Of a stretch of DNA of 64,000 bases, positions 62,290-64,000 are shown one piece after another. The notes under the pieces were generated by a model, which saw only the letters and a list, made by a program, of their open reading frames with translations, was not told where the DNA came from and did not search any database. Origin of the DNA: Macrostomum lignano. Taxonomy: Eukaryota. Location of the stretch: positions 62,001 through 126,000 of the forward strand of contig NIVC01000017.1 of the NCBI GenBank assembly GCA_002269645.1. The letters are read 5' to 3'. Each line of letters opens with the position of its first letter. The stretch's first letter is position 1. The position numbers and the translations under genes are program-made.

Positions 62290-62895
62290 TAGATTAGCAA
62301 TCCATTCTATTCTTGCATCGTTGATTTAGGCTAGATTAGCAATCCATTCTATTCTTGCATCGTTGATTTAGGCTAGATTAGCAATCTATTCTATTCCTTA
62401 TTGATTTAGGCTAGATTAGCAATCCATTCTATTCCTTCATCGTTGATTTAGGCTAGATTAGCAATCCATTCTATTCCTTACTGATTTAGGCTAGATTAGC
62501 AATCTATTCTATTCCTTATTGATTTAGGCTAGATTAGCAATCCATTCTATTCCTTCATCGTTGATTTAGGCTAGATTAGCAATCCATTCTATTCCTTACT
62601 GATTTAGGCTAGATTAGCAATCTATTCTATTCCTTATTGATTTAGGCTAGATTAGCAATCCATTCTATTCCTTCATCGTTGATTTAGGCTAGATTAGCAA
62701 TCCATTCTATTCCTTACTGATGTAGGCTAGATTAGCAATCCATTCTATTCCTTCATTGATGTAGGCTAGATTAGCAATCCATTCTATTCCTTACTGATGT
62801 AGGCTAGATTAGCAATCCATTCTATTCCTTACTGATTTAGGCTAGATTAGCAATCCATTCTATTCCTTACTGATTTAGGCTAGATTAGCAGTCCA
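62290..62895. repeat. 36-40-bp minisatellite GATTTAGGCTAGATTAGCAATCCATTCTATTCCTTACT
   Basis: Tandem units with alternating length variants. Confidence 0.94.
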
Positions 62896-63210
62896 TTCTG
62901 CTCATCACATGAGTACACTAGCAAGACTATATTTCCTGATTCAGGCAATTAAATGTAAATGCATGCAGCATTTTTCTGAAAGTCTGGGGACTGTTGATCA
63001 AAATGCACTTTAGTAAATAGCGCGAGAATCACCTACTCTGAAATAAAGCCTCATAGTCTATGTCCAGTGCTGGCCATTAAAAATCCTGTGCTGGGGTCAC
63101 CGCCGTTGTGTGGCTCGCCTGAGCAAGTTTCTGAGCTCAAACACCTAGCCGCGCAGTTCGTGCCTGGAATTGTAATCGCCCAGCAACAAGGCCACTTTAC
63201 CAACTAGTTC

Positions 63211-64000
63211 ATGCTCCAACGCGACCAAGAAGACGGCTTCAGCACTCGTAATAACCGACAGCTAGCACAAGTCGCCGCTTTAATTTCCGAACCGAATTCT
63301 GCGCCAGCTCTGACTCGGATCATGCTGAAAAGGCGCAACTGCGATCGGCTGGGTTCTTCGGCTGCGGCCAGACCGCCTGCTCTTAGGTGAGTTAGTCAGT
63401 TGGGAGAGCTCAGAGGCTTAGCTGAGTACCATGTTAGGACAGAGTCGAGACCCAGAGGACAAGAATATGTGCCTTAAATGAAAGGCATAGCGGAGGACCC
63501 ATAGGACAGGTAGGTGAGGCATTGTGAAGGACCCAGAGGACGGGAAGGTGAGGCATAGTGAAGGACCCAGAGGACAGGAAGGTGAGGCATAGTGAAGGAC
63601 CCAGAGGACAGGAAGGTGAGGCCTATAAATTAAGACACCACACTATGTATTTATTAGTTTTTCAATCTAGTAAAACTAAATTACAAACTTCATACCAGTT
63701 CTAGTTCTAGAGATAATTACTAAAATTTCAGTCTGACCCGAAGCCCCCCCCCCACCGCCACATCAAACAGCAGCGCCGCCGCGCCGCCAAAGGCGGCAAC
63801 ATCAAAGTACACGGGCCTCTCTGGCTTGTGGATGAACGAGCCGATGGCCAGAGAGGCTGATAAAATTTCCGAAAATCAAGACGAGCCCACGTTTCAATCG
63901 CCCTTGGATTTCGTCGAAGGTACGTCTACGTTGACTATGTCGACTTTCGAGCCGTCGTCTGGCTGGTCGAGCGCGAGGACTCGGCTGGACTTGCAGACCA
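63211..64000 (+). CDS. Possible start of another gene (exons ~63211-63386 and 63732 to the window end)
   Basis: ATG 63211, donor AG|GTGAGT at 63387 and acceptor TTTCAG at 63731. The phase-2 join stays open to the window end. No family recognised. Confidence 0.35.
63500..63625. repeat. 34-bp short tandem repeat GTGAGGCATAGTGAAGGACCCAGAGGACAGGAAG
   Basis: Period 34 (63548, 63582). Confidence 0.85.

Noticed and set aside
61554-62292. 212-aa ORF and neighbours
   Set aside because: No domain similarity; the region looks like decayed transposon sequence.

Overview
Eukaryotic (metazoan) genomic DNA with GT-AG introns, GC-rich exons, AT-rich spacers and about 30 minisatellite/microsatellite arrays. 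This style fits a free-living flatworm such as Macrostomum, which is an inference and not provable here. By splicing exons manually I reconstruct about 11 genes: TRNAU1AP/SECp43, a ~1000-aa helical protein that may be TOPAZ1-like, two orphan genes, a 5-exon TASOR/TEX15-type pseudo-PARP+SPOC protein, CCDC97, a candidate RFamide neuropeptide precursor, Wolframin (WFS1), two tandem single-Ig membrane proteins (all on +) and a TNF-superfamily ligand (-). A further gene may be cut by the window end. Mobile DNA includes a full-length but multiply lesioned CsRn1-clade Ty3/Gypsy element (LTRs, PBS, PPT, 4-bp TSD, -1 frameshift signal) inserted into a minisatellite, a decayed second Gypsy, hAT-type MITEs with 8-bp TSDs (one has amplified an internal 32-bp segment ~40-fold) and a SINE-like repeat. 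Most long ORFs in the supplied track over repeats are artefacts. There is no CRISPR array, rRNA or intact tRNA. Homology calls rest on recalled family motifs and not on database searches.
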